64,000 nucleotides of DNA. Origin: Chiloscyllium plagiosum (lineage: Eukaryota). The stretch is from the NCBI RefSeq assembly GCF_004010195.1, contig NC_057719.1:93015946-93079945 (forward strand). Direction: 5' to 3'. Position numbers and translations under genes: made by a program. The notes beneath the pieces were generated by a model. It did not search any database and was not told the origin of the DNA. It was given only the letters and a program-made list of their open reading frames with translations. Below, in pieces: positions 1 to 12,432 of this stretch. Each line of letters begins with the position of its first letter. Position 1 is the stretch's first letter.

Positions 1-529
1 TGAACAGAACAGGAAACATGGGAGGTATTTCAGTGAAAGCTGAATTGGGTGGCTGCAGCACCATCGGTTCAAATCCCAGTCACATAAATGTTCTCATTTT
101 TATTTTCTATCAATGTGTGCTGAAGTAATACAGTGACGGATCAATTAATATCGTAAGACATACATACAGAGACGTGAAAATTCTAAGGTTGAGATATCAG
201 AGCATCGACCAGAGATTGCTCAATTTCAGGCTCAGGAATTCGACAGAGAGCGATGTTGAGCAAAATAGACTGTCTTGGCAAATGCCAGTGCTACGAATTT
301 GTGGGTGTACTGTACCGTTATGCGACCTGAAATTTCTGGTTAGCACAGAGAGTCCAGAACAAGGTAACGACGTAAACTTTGGTCGAAACAGCTAAGAGAT
401 GTGTTTCCTGTGTACAATAACAGATTGGAATTCATCCAATCAGCATAATTTATGCCCAAGAGTAAGGAAACTCAAAAGAAGGTTGAAATGAGTATTTTGA
501 CACATTTAAAATTAATGAAACGATGCTGT

Positions 530-3170
530 GTAAATTACAAAGAACAACAGGCCCTTCATTTGTCTTAAAGAACAGCAGTCCTGTGTATCTTCTAGAGAAG
601 AGCAGTTTCTAGGTACGTTACAGAGAACACCAGTTCCTGCATGTATTACAGAGACCAGCAGTTGCAGTCCATATTGCAGTTAAAAACGCCGTCCCTCTAC
701 ATATTGTATATAATGTCTGCCTCTGGATCTATTGTACAAATCAGCAATGCCTCTGTTTATTACAGAGAACAGCAATATTTGTAGGGGGTGGTGTAATTTT
801 TAAATCATTAACTGCTGTAGTAAGCACATAGTAAGTACAAAGCCACCATTTTAGTCTTCTCTACCTCTGGATCTATTGTACAAATCAGCAATGCCTCTGT
901 TTATTTCAGAGAACAGCAATTTCTGTTTATATCACAGAGAACAGCAGTTCCTGTGTATTTTGCACAGATCAGTAGTTCCTTTGTATATTACCGAAAACAG
1001 CAATATATCTCTATATAATACGTAACAGCAATCTCTGTGAGCATGAAACAAAGCAGCTGTCCCTATGTAACAGAGAAGAACAGGCATTGGGTAATTTTCG
1101 AGTTCGCAGTTACTGTGCATGTTACAGAGAACATCTATGACTCTTGCAGTAAAGGTCACTTCATCTGTATGCTAGAGAGAACAGTCCTTGTGTGTCATAA
1201 AGAGAAAAGCTCTACCTGTGTATACTGAGGAGAACAGCAGTCCCATGGAATGTTGCAGAAAAGACAGGTCCCTGACTGTATTATAGAGAATTGCAGTTCT
1301 TTTCGATACTTTAGAGAATAGTATACCATGTGCATATTAAAGACAGGACAATTCCTATGTATGATGAACAGAACAACACTTGCTGTGTATGTTAGGAGAA
1401 CAGCAGGCATTTTGTGTATTCAGGTGAACAGTAGTCCCTGTATATATTGAGGATATCAACTTGTGTATATTTTAGAGAACAGCTTTCCCTTTCCGTATTC
1501 AAGAGAACATCAGTTCCTGGGAATATTATAGAGAACGACACTCCGTGTTTATAACATTGAGAAAAAAAATCAATCCCTTTGATATTGTAGAGAACAGCAG
1601 TCTGTGTGTATATTACAGTGAACAGTAGACACTTTTGTTATTCCAGACTCCACAGCTCTTGTCTTTCTTCTGGACAACAGCATTTCATGTTCATAACTGT
1701 AGTGCCCTGTCTTTACTGCAGTGAACAGCAGTGCCTCAGTTTGTTGTTGCGAATAGCAGTGGCTCTCTTCATTATAAAGAAGAGAAATCTCTCCCTTTAT
1801 TGCAGACAGCGACAATATATTGCAGATGCTGGAATCTAAAGTAGATAAGCAGAAGACTGGAAGAAGACAGCAAGCCAGGCAGCATCAGAAGGTGCAGAAG
1901 TCAATATTTCATGTGTAACACTCCTTCACGACTCCTGAAGTCTGAATCATGAGGAAGGCTTACACCTCGACTTCGACACTTTCTGATGTTGCCTGGTTTG
2001 CTGAATTCTTCCAGCCTCCCATTTGCCTGTCTTTCATGTCGATAGGAGCAGTGTCTGATTTTGTTGTAGGGAGCAACAGTCCCTCCGTTTATTTTAGTGA
2101 CAAGAAGTCTTTCTTATTTTGATAGAACACAGCAGGTCCTGCCTTTATTGTAGTGAATGGCAATCCCTGTCTTTAATGTAGAGAACAACGGTCCCTGTCA
2201 TTATTGTAGAGAACAATACTTCCTGTCTTTACTATAGAGAACAGCAGTTCCTGTCTTTGTTATCGAGAACAGCAGTACCTATGTATATTGGAGTGAACAG
2301 AAGTCCCTATTTTTATTTCAGAGAACAGCAGTTTGTGGTTTTGTTTCTGAGAACAGTAATACCTGTGCATCTTGTGGAGAACAGCAATTCCTGTGTATAC
2401 TACTGTAAACGGTAGTTGCCATTGTTATTGCCAACAACAGCAGTCCATGTCTTTATTACAGTGACCAGCGGTCTATCTATGATGGAGAACAGCAGTCCAC
2501 AGATTTATTATAGAGAACAGCAGTACCCGGATTTGTTGTAGTGAAAGGCAGTTCTTGAGGTTGCTTTGGACGATAGAAGTCCCTGTCATTATTTATACAG
2601 AACAGCATTCCTTGTTGTTATTGCAGACAACATTTCATTTCTTCATTGTGGAGAAGAACCACCTATTGTTTTGTGGAAAACAGCAGCCGCTGAGCACATT
2701 ACAGTGAAAAACAGTCTCTTTATTATTGAAAAAAAAGTGGTTCCTTTTGTTATTATAGAAAACAGCTGTCCGTGTCCGGACTGTTGACAATTTCTGTCTG
2801 AGACGTTATTTTAGAGAGCACGAGTCTCTGTGTTTATTACATGAACAGCAGTCCCTCTCATCATTATCGAGAAAAGCAGTTTCTTTCTTTTTTATTGAGA
2901 ATACCAATTCCTGTTTTTATTACAAAGAACAGCAGTGTCGATGTCAGCAGTCCCTGTCTTTACTGTGGAGAACTGCAGTCTCAGACTTTGTTTTAAAGTG
3001 CATTGATTCTTACATTTGTTAAAGAGAAAAAGACAATCACAGTCGTTATTTTTGTGAACAGCAGTGCGTGACTATAATATCGAGAATGGATGTTTTCTAT
3101 TCCTGCCTCTTTATTGGCTATATCGAATATTCCCTCTTCAGTACCTGCATAGGCATTGTGCCCACGTGCA
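530..3170. repeat. Degenerate 28-bp tandem satellite (consensus ~GAGAACAGCAGTCCCTGTCTTTATTGTA)
   Basis: GAGAAC recurs at 2181, 2209 and 2237 (period 28) and throughout. Interrupted at 777-863 and ~1815-2035. Confidence 0.88.
1815..2035. mobile_element. Short fold-back element derived from a Penelope 3' end
   Basis: Inverted arms ctggaagaagacagcaagccaggcagcatcagaaggtg / cactttctgatgttgcctggtttgctgaattcttccag. The left part is the reverse complement of the PLE tail at ~4345-4425. Confidence 0.7.
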
Positions 3171-4430
3171 GCGTTCTGAACCCAGGCTGCAGTGGAGCAG
3201 TTCAACAACTTCACCCACAACATTTCACTCCCTCAAAATCACTTTGTTGCCGCTCCAGACGAATGTTTATTACAAACTCACAGACATCCATAACTACCTA
3301 GACTACACTTCCTCTCACCCAATATCGTGCAAGAACTTCATCCCATTCTCCCAATTCTTCCGCCTCCATCACATCTGCTCAGATGAGAAAACATTCCACT
3401 TCCATGCATCACAAACGTCCACCTATTTTCAACACTGTGCTTATGCTCCCTTCGTTATCCAGGCAGCCCTCTGCTGCACCAACTGCTGTAGACTTTTCTA
3501 AGCCCAACTCAATAAAGACAGAGTCCCCATGTCCTCACCTATCACCCCACCAGTCACTGCATCAAACACATCATCCACAAACACTTCCACCAAGTGTAAC
3601 TAGACACCACCACCAATAACATCAACCCCGCCCCAACCCACTCTATCTTCTGCAAGAACCATTCCCTTCAACAGTACTTGGCTTGCACCAGTCTCCCCAC
3701 CGAACCCCATCTCTTCCCTCGAATCCTCAGGTACCTTCACCTGCACCTGGAAAAACCTGCCAGTACACCAGTCCCTGACCTCCACTTATGACCCCAAACA
3801 ATCTTTGTACGTGAGACAGAGTTTCACCTGCTTCTCCTGCAACTTAGTATACTGCATCAGAGGTTCCCCCGTTGAGGTCTTCTCCAACAGGGAGATGGAA
3901 CTTAAGGTGACGGAATGGATCAATGAGAATCGCAGCCCGTCCTAATCCCAGTCACTACTCATTCCAATTCCCCGAAGCACTCCCTTTCCAACCCGACCAT
4001 CCTTGACCTTCTCCATTGCCAGAACGAGCCACATTGCAAATTGGAAGAACAAACCTCATCTTCTGCTTGAGCAGCCTACAGCCTGGAGGACGCAACACTG
4101 AGTTCTTCATGTTCAATTAACCTCCCCTCCCATCCCCTGGCTCACTTCCCAGCTCCTCCCCATCATTTCTCCTGCTCCCTGCTACAAAACGGATTCATTC
4201 CTTCCGCTGACCAAAAGGTTGTACCCTCCACCTGTCTTCACTTATTCTTAATTCACCACGCTGCCCAACCACCCCTTTATCTGCAGCTTCCCCCCCCCCC
4301 CCATACTAAGCCCATGCCTGAAGGAGGTTACACGCGAAAGATCAACTTCTCCACCTCCTGAGGCTGGCTAGCTTGCTGCGTTCTTCCAGCCTCTTGCCTC
4401 TCTATTTTAGATTCCAGCACCTGCATTTTT
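3170..4430 (+). mobile_element. Decayed Penelope-like retroelement, 3' part (RT thumb, GIY-YIG region, 3' tail)
   Basis: ORF 3064..3501 contains YYKLTDIHNYLDYTSSHPISCKNFIPFSQFFRLHHICSD, typical of the PLE RT C-terminus. VRQSFTCFSCNLVYCIR near 3811-3862 is the GIY-YIG entry. Degenerate hammerhead core at 4318-4346. Confidence 0.85.
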
Positions 4431-4449
4431 TTTAAATAAAAAAAACCTC

Positions 4450-4863
4450 TGAACTTATTTTATGTCGAGACAACAGAACGGTTGAAGCCACAGTGGATCA
4501 GTGTGATATTAGGAAAAATCGTGTTTTTGAGATAAAGCAAGCCGGACTCCAGGTAGAACTTCAAGACAGATTAGGAACAAGGCATTACATCTGCAAGTCA
4601 ATTCTTGACCTGACATGTCATACGTCTATATATCTGTCCCCCTGCCTATTTGAAGTTTGAGAAGTTAAACAGATAGTGATGAAACGTTTCATAATCTGAG
4701 GTCACTACGTTAAAACAGGTTCTGCAATATGCATATTAATCAAATGAAACTTGATTATGCTTTCTAACACAGTTCTGAATATCCTGCTTTTGCAAACAAA
4801 TTTACGTTCTGCAATTCAGGAATGTGTGAATGAAAACAGGTCTTGTCACATTTACCCCCTCCT
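4450..4863 (-). mobile_element. Possible LTR-retrotransposon 3' LTR remnant with polypurine tract
   Basis: On - strand, AGGAGGGGGTAAA (4863-4851) is followed directly by TGTGACAAG at 4850, and a TATATA lies within. The far end was not identified. Confidence 0.3.
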
Positions 4864-5277
4864 GTGCGGAAAGAATTCCAGAACCAAACAAAAGGCTTCT
4901 CTGCTCCTGCAATATTTACTTTAAGTCGTCTTTCCTCAATCTAACATCCAAAAAACATTGGTTCACATCTTGCTGTGTTATATCTGCAGGACACTGAGAA
5001 ATGTACAAAATGCGAGTTATGTTTTAACCTGCAAAGCAAAAACGAATAATTCAGACGGTGTCAAAAAGTCAGCCATTTTATGTTTGTTCACAGCAGCCAT
5101 GTCATGGTCGCACAGCACTGACATCGACTTGATAAATACGGAACTGTAAGGTAGAGTGGGGACTTGGGAGTCTGTGTCCATTTGAGTGCAGCATAGATTC
5201 ACCAGAATGGTAGCAGAACAGCAAGGACGTAATGGTGAGGGAGTGAAATGGCACAAAATCAGGGTTGTTCTCCCGAA

Positions 5278-5588
5278 GGATTAGAGATATTGGAAATTAG
5301 ATTACTTACAGTTTGGAAACAGGCCGTTCGGCCCAATAAGTTAACACTGACCCTCCGAAGAGCAACCCACCAGACCCATTCCCCTACACCTAACACTACG
5401 GGCAACTTAGAATGGCCCAATCATCTAAACTGCACTTATCAGGACTCTGGGAGGAAATTGGGGCAAACCGACGCAGACACTGGAGACTGTGCAAACTGCA
5501 CAAAAGCAGTGGCCTGAGATGGGACCTAAACCCACGTCTCTGGCGCGTTCAGACAATAGTGCTAACCACTGTGCCAGCGTGTCGTCCT
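5278..5588 (-). mobile_element. HE1-type tRNA-derived SINE
   Basis: Reverse complement aligns along its length with the copy at 57142-57460, including the tggcacagtggttagcac head and taatct tail. Confidence 0.8.
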
Positions 5589-5849
5589 AACCAATGAGAC
5601 AATAATAGAAACTGGTGCGATTGAAAGAGAGAAAAGCTCCTTGCTGCTTTTGGATGTAGGATTGGGATCATATCTAAAAATTGAACAATGTACTAAAACA
5701 CTTCCAAGACTAAAATAAAGAAACTAAACCTCACATTTCTGGTTAGCTGATAAGAATGGCACATTTCCTCCCGAAAGGTCATCAATGAGTGAGTTTGGTT
5801 TCGAACAATTCGGCACTTAGGGTCTCTTTGGAGTTATTTCAGCCAAACC

Positions 5850-6610
5850 TCATTCTGTTCGCCAAGCAATGCCTGGCTTGCCCCACCTCTCTGCTTCCCG
5901 AGCAACGGGGTTGTAGCCTTTACCCCAGTCATGTTCCCCGAGGAACAGCCAGTTGTCTAAATCGCACTCACTGTTCCCCTCGCAACAGTCTGTGACACAA
6001 TTTAACTGTTCCCCTTGCAATGGACAGTGCTCCCAAACTCAATTTGTTTCCTCAGCAATGACAGGTAGTCCCAATTCTCAATTTTCCCATAGTAATGGTC
6101 AGTGGTAAAACTTAACTATGTTACCCGAACCTTCAAACACATTCCCATTCTTCTAACTGTGCAACCATCTTTGGCCCATCACCCAAATATTACGCAAACA
6201 GTGGCCTTTATCATCTACCACTCTGTTTCCAGTAATTCCTGTGAATTAACCTGCCGCACGTTTCCAGGAACAGACAGTGGTCCTGCAGCCACATTGTTCC
6301 TCTAGAAACACCTGGCGGCGTAACACCCCACTCTTTCACCTGGCAACGGTCTGCAGCCCAACACCAACTCTGTTCTCAAAGCAACGACTGTGCACCTACC
6401 GCAATCTGTTCTCGAAGAAACAATCACTGGTCCTGCCTATTATCTGTTCTCTTAGCAATGGACCAATCAACATTCTGCTCCTCCAGTACTGGCCATTTTC
6501 CCCACACCCTCTCCAATCCCCTATCAACCGTTCGTTGCCGCATCCGGTCTCTGGATGGAGCTTGGATGATAGATGGTTGCACAACCGTAACTCTGCTCGC
6601 ATGGCAATAG
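5850..6610. repeat. Highly degenerate 35-40 bp tandem repeat (core CTGTTCCCCNNGCAAC)
   Basis: Core variants at ~5855, 5891, 5931, 5971, 6006 and onward to ~6600. Confidence 0.6.
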
Positions 6611-7027
6611 CAGCAGCTCCAGCTCCTTAAGTTTCCCTTTAAAATGGCCAGTGTTCCCACATCCACACATCTCCCCAATGCATGAAGGAGGGGCAGTAAA
6701 ATAGGGAAGAAAAAAATAGGATGAGGAGAGAGAGGCAAATTTTGAGAGTGGGAGGGAAATATGTTGGAAGAGGGAGCTAGGGAAAGAGATTAATTCTGCT
6801 GAGGCCAGGTCACAGTGGGTGACCCAGAGGTGTAAACAAGGACAGAGTGACTTAAACCCAACTCCAAAACTCGGTTCCAGTCTCCTCCCCTTCCTACGGA
6901 CCAGACTTGGGGGCCGAGTCTTTCTCTCTCCAATACAGCTTCTCCAACACAAAAACGAAAAACAATATCATTCACTACGATTGTTTGGTGCTTTTTAATG
7001 AATATATTTAATAATTAAAGATGAAGT

Positions 7028-7033
7028 TTTATT
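7028..7033 (-). promoter_or_regulatory. Candidate polyadenylation signal of the GPCR transcript
   Basis: TTTATT on + (AATAAA on -), about 155 nt downstream of the terminal TGA. Position only, no transcript evidence. Confidence 0.4.
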
Positions 7034-7187
7034 TACTGTCAGTGGAATGGTGCCTTTCCCCACTGGTCCCTGAGTGCAGAGAAACATTGTAATGTGCACC
7101 GGTAATTCCCTGTGGGATATGGTTCGACAAACCAGCACTTCCCTCAGTTTGTTACCATAGTGGCACACTGCTTCATTTCTGAATCGT

Positions 7188-8125
7188 TCAAAAATGAGGA
7201 AGACCTGGGTGGAATAATTCACGAGTGAAGCTTACTGATCGATGAATTTTGGTAAAGGGATATTTCAGCACATTCTTTAGCTGCTGTCTAAACTTAGTCT
7301 GGGTCACGGCATAAATCGCGGTGTTTGTGCAGCAACTGAGGAGCTGCAGCATGAAGCCCAATTCCTTGACAAACGAACCGAGATAAATGGACTGATAGTC
7401 AATCCATTGCATCCGTTTCCATATGGAATACATCATAAACGTTGACCATAACAAGATGAAATTGGCTTAGATCACAAACAATAAAATGATGGATTTTTTT
7501 CGATTTCTCATTTCTGTGTCAGATTGAGTGTCGCCATTGGAATGAGCTCGGAGTCTTCTGCGAGCTCTGCTGATCACTAAAATGTGTCTGACAGTGAAAA
7601 CATTGAGGAGGAGAATTAGGAGAAATGGGATAGCCGGATTTAGAATGTAGCGGAGGAACTCGATTATGGCCCACACTCGAGAGAAAACAAAAGCAATTTT
7701 TACATCACAAAACCAGGGGAGGTTCCCCAGCCAATACAGACCTGTGAACATAAAATACCAGAAAATGTTCTTTAAACAGATCAGCACAGTCACTGTTCCC
7801 AGAACCACAGCCGCCGTTTTCTCACTGCAATATTTACTTTTTAGCTTTTGGCAACAAATGACTACAAACCGATCAACGGTGAAAATAACAGTGAACCAGA
7901 CAGAGCAGTCAGTGGCTGCATAAAGCAGGACAGCGTGGATATTACACATGGGAATGGACTTCAAGAAATAAAAGTATTCCCGATAAACAATAGGAATGTG
8001 TCTCAATATCAGATCGAAGATAATGACCAGTAGATCCGCCGCTGCCATGGCCCCCAGGTAACGTCTGACACATGGAGTCAATCCACAATCTTTATAAAGG
8101 AGGACGAAGATTGTCAATACATTAA
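7188..8125 (-). CDS. GPCR coding exon 2 (TM1-TM7 and C-tail), interrupted by TAA at 7467-7469
   Basis: ORFs 7467..8258 and 7188..7454 share one frame, joined by GCC AAT TTC ATC. A polypyrimidine tract plus AG lies immediately upstream of 8125. Confidence 0.88.
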
Positions 8126-8359
8126 CTGTGAGAAAGTAAAACGGAAGAAAAAGAATATATATCAGCCTGGAGGCAAAGTTACCTGTTTGATCTTTAAGAT
8201 TTCCAAATGATTCACTGAAATCAGAGATGTATTGAAAGAATTGGAAATGAAATAACAAATGTTAAATTCTAAGTTACTTCCAAAAATACAATGTATACCA
8301 AAATAAACCTTGCCTCCTGTAACACAGAGATGCACATACATAAAAAGAGATAAGTCCTG

Positions 8360-9295
8360 GAACATCCTCAGACACTAGATCACACGAAAGCAGACACAGG
8401 CCACTTCTTCATATTTGCTATTGCGGAGGTGATAAAAATTGCGAGTAGAAATGTGCATAGCATTAAATCTGCTACACGATGTGGTTCTACGTTGGCCTTC
8501 CTCGTCAACGCTAAAGCCGATGTCCTGTTACTTCAGGAATTTGGGATACCACACATCAACAGTTCCAGGAGATGGTCGAGCTTGTAATATCCCGTTAAAT
8601 GCTGTGATTACAGACTCCAAGACTTCCTCTGGCAGCTCATTCAATACATGCTCCACTCTTTGCATGAAAAAATGCCCCTTAGGTAACTTTGAACTCTTTC
8701 CCATCTCACCATAAAACTATGCTCTCTCGTTGTGAATTTCCACAACCCGGAGAAAAGACCTTGTCTATTTACCCTATCCATGCCCCTCATGATTTTATGA
8801 ACCACTTGACGGTCGCTCCCGAGCCTCCAACGCTGCAAAGAAAACAGCCCCAGCCTATTCAGCCTCTTCCAATATCTCAAACCCTCCAACCCTAGCAACA
8901 TGCTTATAAATCTTTTTTGAATCTTTTCAAGTTTCATAACATCATTTCTACAGGTGGGAGAGCAGAATTGCACACAAATTTCCAAAAGTGGCATACTCAA
9001 ATTCCTGTACAGCTGCACCATGACCTCCCAATGCCGATACTCAGTGCTCGAACCATTAAAATAATGCTTACTAAACGCCTTCTTCACTATCCTACTTACC
9101 TGGCACTGCATTTTCCAGGAAGTATGAACCTGTACGAAAGGTTTCTTTTTCAGCAACACTCTCCAGGATTTTACAATTAAGTGTATAAGTACAGCCCTGA
9201 TTTTCTTTCCAATACACAGCATCTCACATTTTACTAATTTAAATATCATCTGCCATGCCTCGGCCCATCGGGCCACCTGATGAAGATCCATTGGT
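8360..9295 (-). mobile_element. CR1/HER1-like LINE 3' fragment
   Basis: ORF 8641..9291 contains WQMIFKLVKCEML, LEICVQFCSP, LEKIQKRFISML and RLGLFSL, the CR1 ORF2 C-terminal motifs. Confidence 0.88.
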
Positions 9296-9299
9296 CAAT

Positions 9300-12200
9300 A
9301 AGATTCAGCAGGCAAATACGTGGCTCAAGGATTGATTTGGGGGGAATTAGATTGAACTCATGGCACATTGGCATCAGTACTGGTGAAGAAGAGATCTATT
9401 CCGATGGGACTTTCTTCATCTGAACTGTGCTGGGACCAGAGTACGAGGGAATTGCATATCTAGCGCTGTAGACAGGGCATTAAACTAAATGAGACAGGGT
9501 GGGAGAGGGTTCAATGAAAGAGGCAATTAAAAATCCTGTGGGTGGAAGAGTGCAGAAGTCAGGGAAGTTTATTAATGTCTCCATTACAGTCGGAAATATG
9601 ACAACGTGAATGGAAAAAGTTCAGCAATCAAACGTCAAGCATCCTCGAAGAATGTCTGAAAATGAAAACAAGGACAGTTAATACAGGTATTGAACGTCTT
9701 ATGTCTGAATGCATGCAATATTGGGAATGAGGTAAATGAGCTTATGGCACATGAATCGGTAGGTATGTCGTGGTGGGCATTACCGAGACATGGCTGTAAA
9801 TAGGCCAGGGTTGGGAGCTGAATATTCAAGGAAATACATTCTATTTGGAAGAAACGAAATTAAATCATTAGTAAGAAACAAAGTAGGGTCAGATGGTGTA
9901 GAAACTGTATGGGTAGACTTGAGGAAGCACCAGGTTAAAAAAAAAAATGTCAAGGCCTCTAAACCGTAGTCAGGAGATAGGATGCAAGATAACAAGAGGG
10001 GGCAAAATAAATGTGTAGGAAAGGTCAAGTAACACTGGTCATGGTGGGTTTCATGACCAGTAAACTAGGAAAATCCGGATGATACTGGATCGCAAGAAAT
10101 ACAATCTGTGAAATATCTACGTGATGACTTTTTGGAGCAGCATTTGGTAGGGCCCACTAGGGACAAGGCAATATCGGATTTAGTGCAGTGCAAAGAGGCA
10201 GATGTGATAAGGAAGCTTAAGGTGAAGGAACATTTAGGATGCGCTGATAATAATTTGATTGAATTCACTCTGCAAATTGTAAGGGAGAAGACAGAATCAG
10301 AGATAATAGTATTACAGCTGAATAAAGACAAATACAGAGGCATAAGGGAGGCGCTGAGTAGAATTGCCTGGGAGAGCACCCAAGAAGAAGAAAAACAAAA
10401 CAGTGGAACGGGAAAGTCAGTAATTTCTGGGAGTAATTGAGGAGGTACAGTAGAGATTCACCACATGGTACACGGAGGATGAGGGAAAAATGGCTGACAA
10501 GGGAAGTCAGGGATAGCATAAAAGCAAATAAAAAGGCATATAATGTAGCGAAGAGCAGTGGGAAAATAGAGGATTTGTAAGCTTGCAAAGATTAACGGAA
10601 TCAAAATGTGTGGTGCTGGAAAAGAACAGTCGGTCAGGCAGCATCCGAGGAGCAGGTGAATCCATGTTTTGGACATAAACCCTTCATCAGAAAAATGCGT
10701 TTCCAGAACCATACTCTTCGATTCTGATTCCCAGCACCTGCAGTCCTCATTTTCTCCCAAGATTAACAGAAGGCAACAAAGAAAGAAATATTAGGTGAAA
10801 TTAGCCAGTAATATGAAGGAAGACGAGATGGGTTTCGATAAATATATGGAGGGCAAAAGAGAGACAGAAGTATACATTGGGCCGCTGGAAAATGGCGCTG
10901 GAGAGATAGAATTGGGGAACAAGGAAATGGCTGATGAACTCAATAATTACTTCGTATTTGAAGAGATGAGTAATATCGCAAAAAATCAAGAAAGTGAGGG
11001 GGCAGAACTGAGTCTCGTGGCCACCAAAAAGGAGAAGGTACCAGAAAAACTGAATGGCCTGAGGGTGCATATATCGGCTGGTTTTGATGGACGACACCCC
11101 AAAGTGAAGTCATTCGTGATGATTTTTCGGGAGTCGTTACAATCTGCGCCGGCCCCAGAGGATTGGAAAATTGCTACAGGGACACCCCTGTTTAAAACCG
11201 GAATAAGGCAAAAAAGGAAAATTACTGACTGATAAGATTATCCTCAGTTGTGGTAATGATACTGCAGTCCATTGTGAAGTCTTAGATATCTGAATACATC
11301 GCGATGTATGGTAAAATAAGACAGAGTCAGCATGGTTTCATCAAGGGAATACCATGCCTGCCAAATCTGCTACAATTTTTTGTGGAAGTATTGAGTATGA
11401 TAGCCCAAGGCGAGCCAATGCCTGTTATCTATCTGGACTTCAAGAAGGTCTTTCACAAAGTGCCACATAGGAATCTACTGAGTACGATAAGGGTCCATGG
11501 TGTTACAGAAAATATCCCAGCATGGATAGAAGATTGACTGTCTCACAAAGAGCAGAGAGTGGGGATAAGTGGGTCGTACAATTGACGGCAGCAAAGTTAA
11601 ATGTTGGGACCACAGTGTTTCATTTTATACATTTGTGATCGCGATCAAGAAACTGATGGCATGTCGGCTACGTTTGCAGATGGTACAATGATAGATAGAG
11701 GTACACATCGTATTGAGGAGTTGGGGAGGCTGAAGAAGGATTTGGACAACTTAGGAAATTGGACAAAGAAATGGCAGATGGAGTACATGGTTGGCAAGTA
11801 TAATATAATGCATTTCAGTAAGAAGAATACAGGCATGGACTATTTTCAAAATGGGGAGAAAATTTAGAAGTCCGAAGTGCTAAGAGACTTGGGAGTTCCA
11901 GTCGAGGATAGGCTGAAGGTAAACGTACAGGTTGAGTCAGCAGTTAAGAAGGCAAATGCAATGATCGTATTTATTTTTTATAAAACTTAAATATAAAAGC
12001 AGCGATGTACATCTGAAGCTCGATAACGCCCTGATCAGACCATCTTGAAGGTATTGTTCACAGTTTCGGGCCTCATATCTCAGGAAGGATGTTCTGGCTC
12101 TGTAGTCTGTTCAGAGAGTTTCACGAGAATGATCCCAGGAATTACCAATTGAAGAACGTTTTCGAATTCTATTTCTATATTCAGTAGAACTTACAAGGAT

Positions 12201-12432
12201 CAATATAGAACTAATTGGAATTTATAGAATACTGAATGGCCTGGACAGAGTGAATATAATTGAGCATATTGAAAACGGAGATAGATAGGTTCTTGATTGT
12301 CACGGGGATGAAGAGTCACGGAGAGAAAGCGAGAGAATGGCGTTATGAAAATATTCTGCCGTGATTGAATTGCAGAGGCCACTCAATGAGCTGAATGGTC
12401 TAATGTCTGCTCTGATGTCTTATGGTCTTATC
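9300..12432 (+). mobile_element. Decayed CR1-like LINE (endonuclease and RT, many stops and frameshifts)
   Basis: ORF pieces FLEQHLVGPTRDKAISDLV, EDWKIATGTPLFK, SQHGFIKGIPCLPNLLQFF, YLDFKKVFHKVPH, FADGT and WQMEY. Ends in a tcttatggtctta tail. Confidence 0.9.
10588..10771. mobile_element. Short PLE-derived fold-back element inserted in the LINE, with TSD
   Basis: Flanked by aagattaacggaa (10588-10600) and aagattaacagaa (10759-10771). The - strand has CTGATGA-A-GGGT-TTAT-GTCC-AAAA (10690-10667). Confidence 0.7.

Noticed and set aside
530..3170. Array of steroid response elements (AGAACA half-sites)
   Set aside because: The second half-site (GTCCCT or GTTCCT) matches TGTTCT poorly at 3-bp spacing, and the half-site is simply part of the satellite unit.
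8126..8258. N-terminal 44 aa of ORF 7467..8258 as the receptor start
   Set aside because: This is intron read-through containing the polypyrimidine tract. The upstream exon supplies TM1 in the correct phase.
9300..12432. Active autonomous LINE
   Set aside because: Many stops and frameshifts, a damaged catalytic motif (FADG) and an internal insertion.
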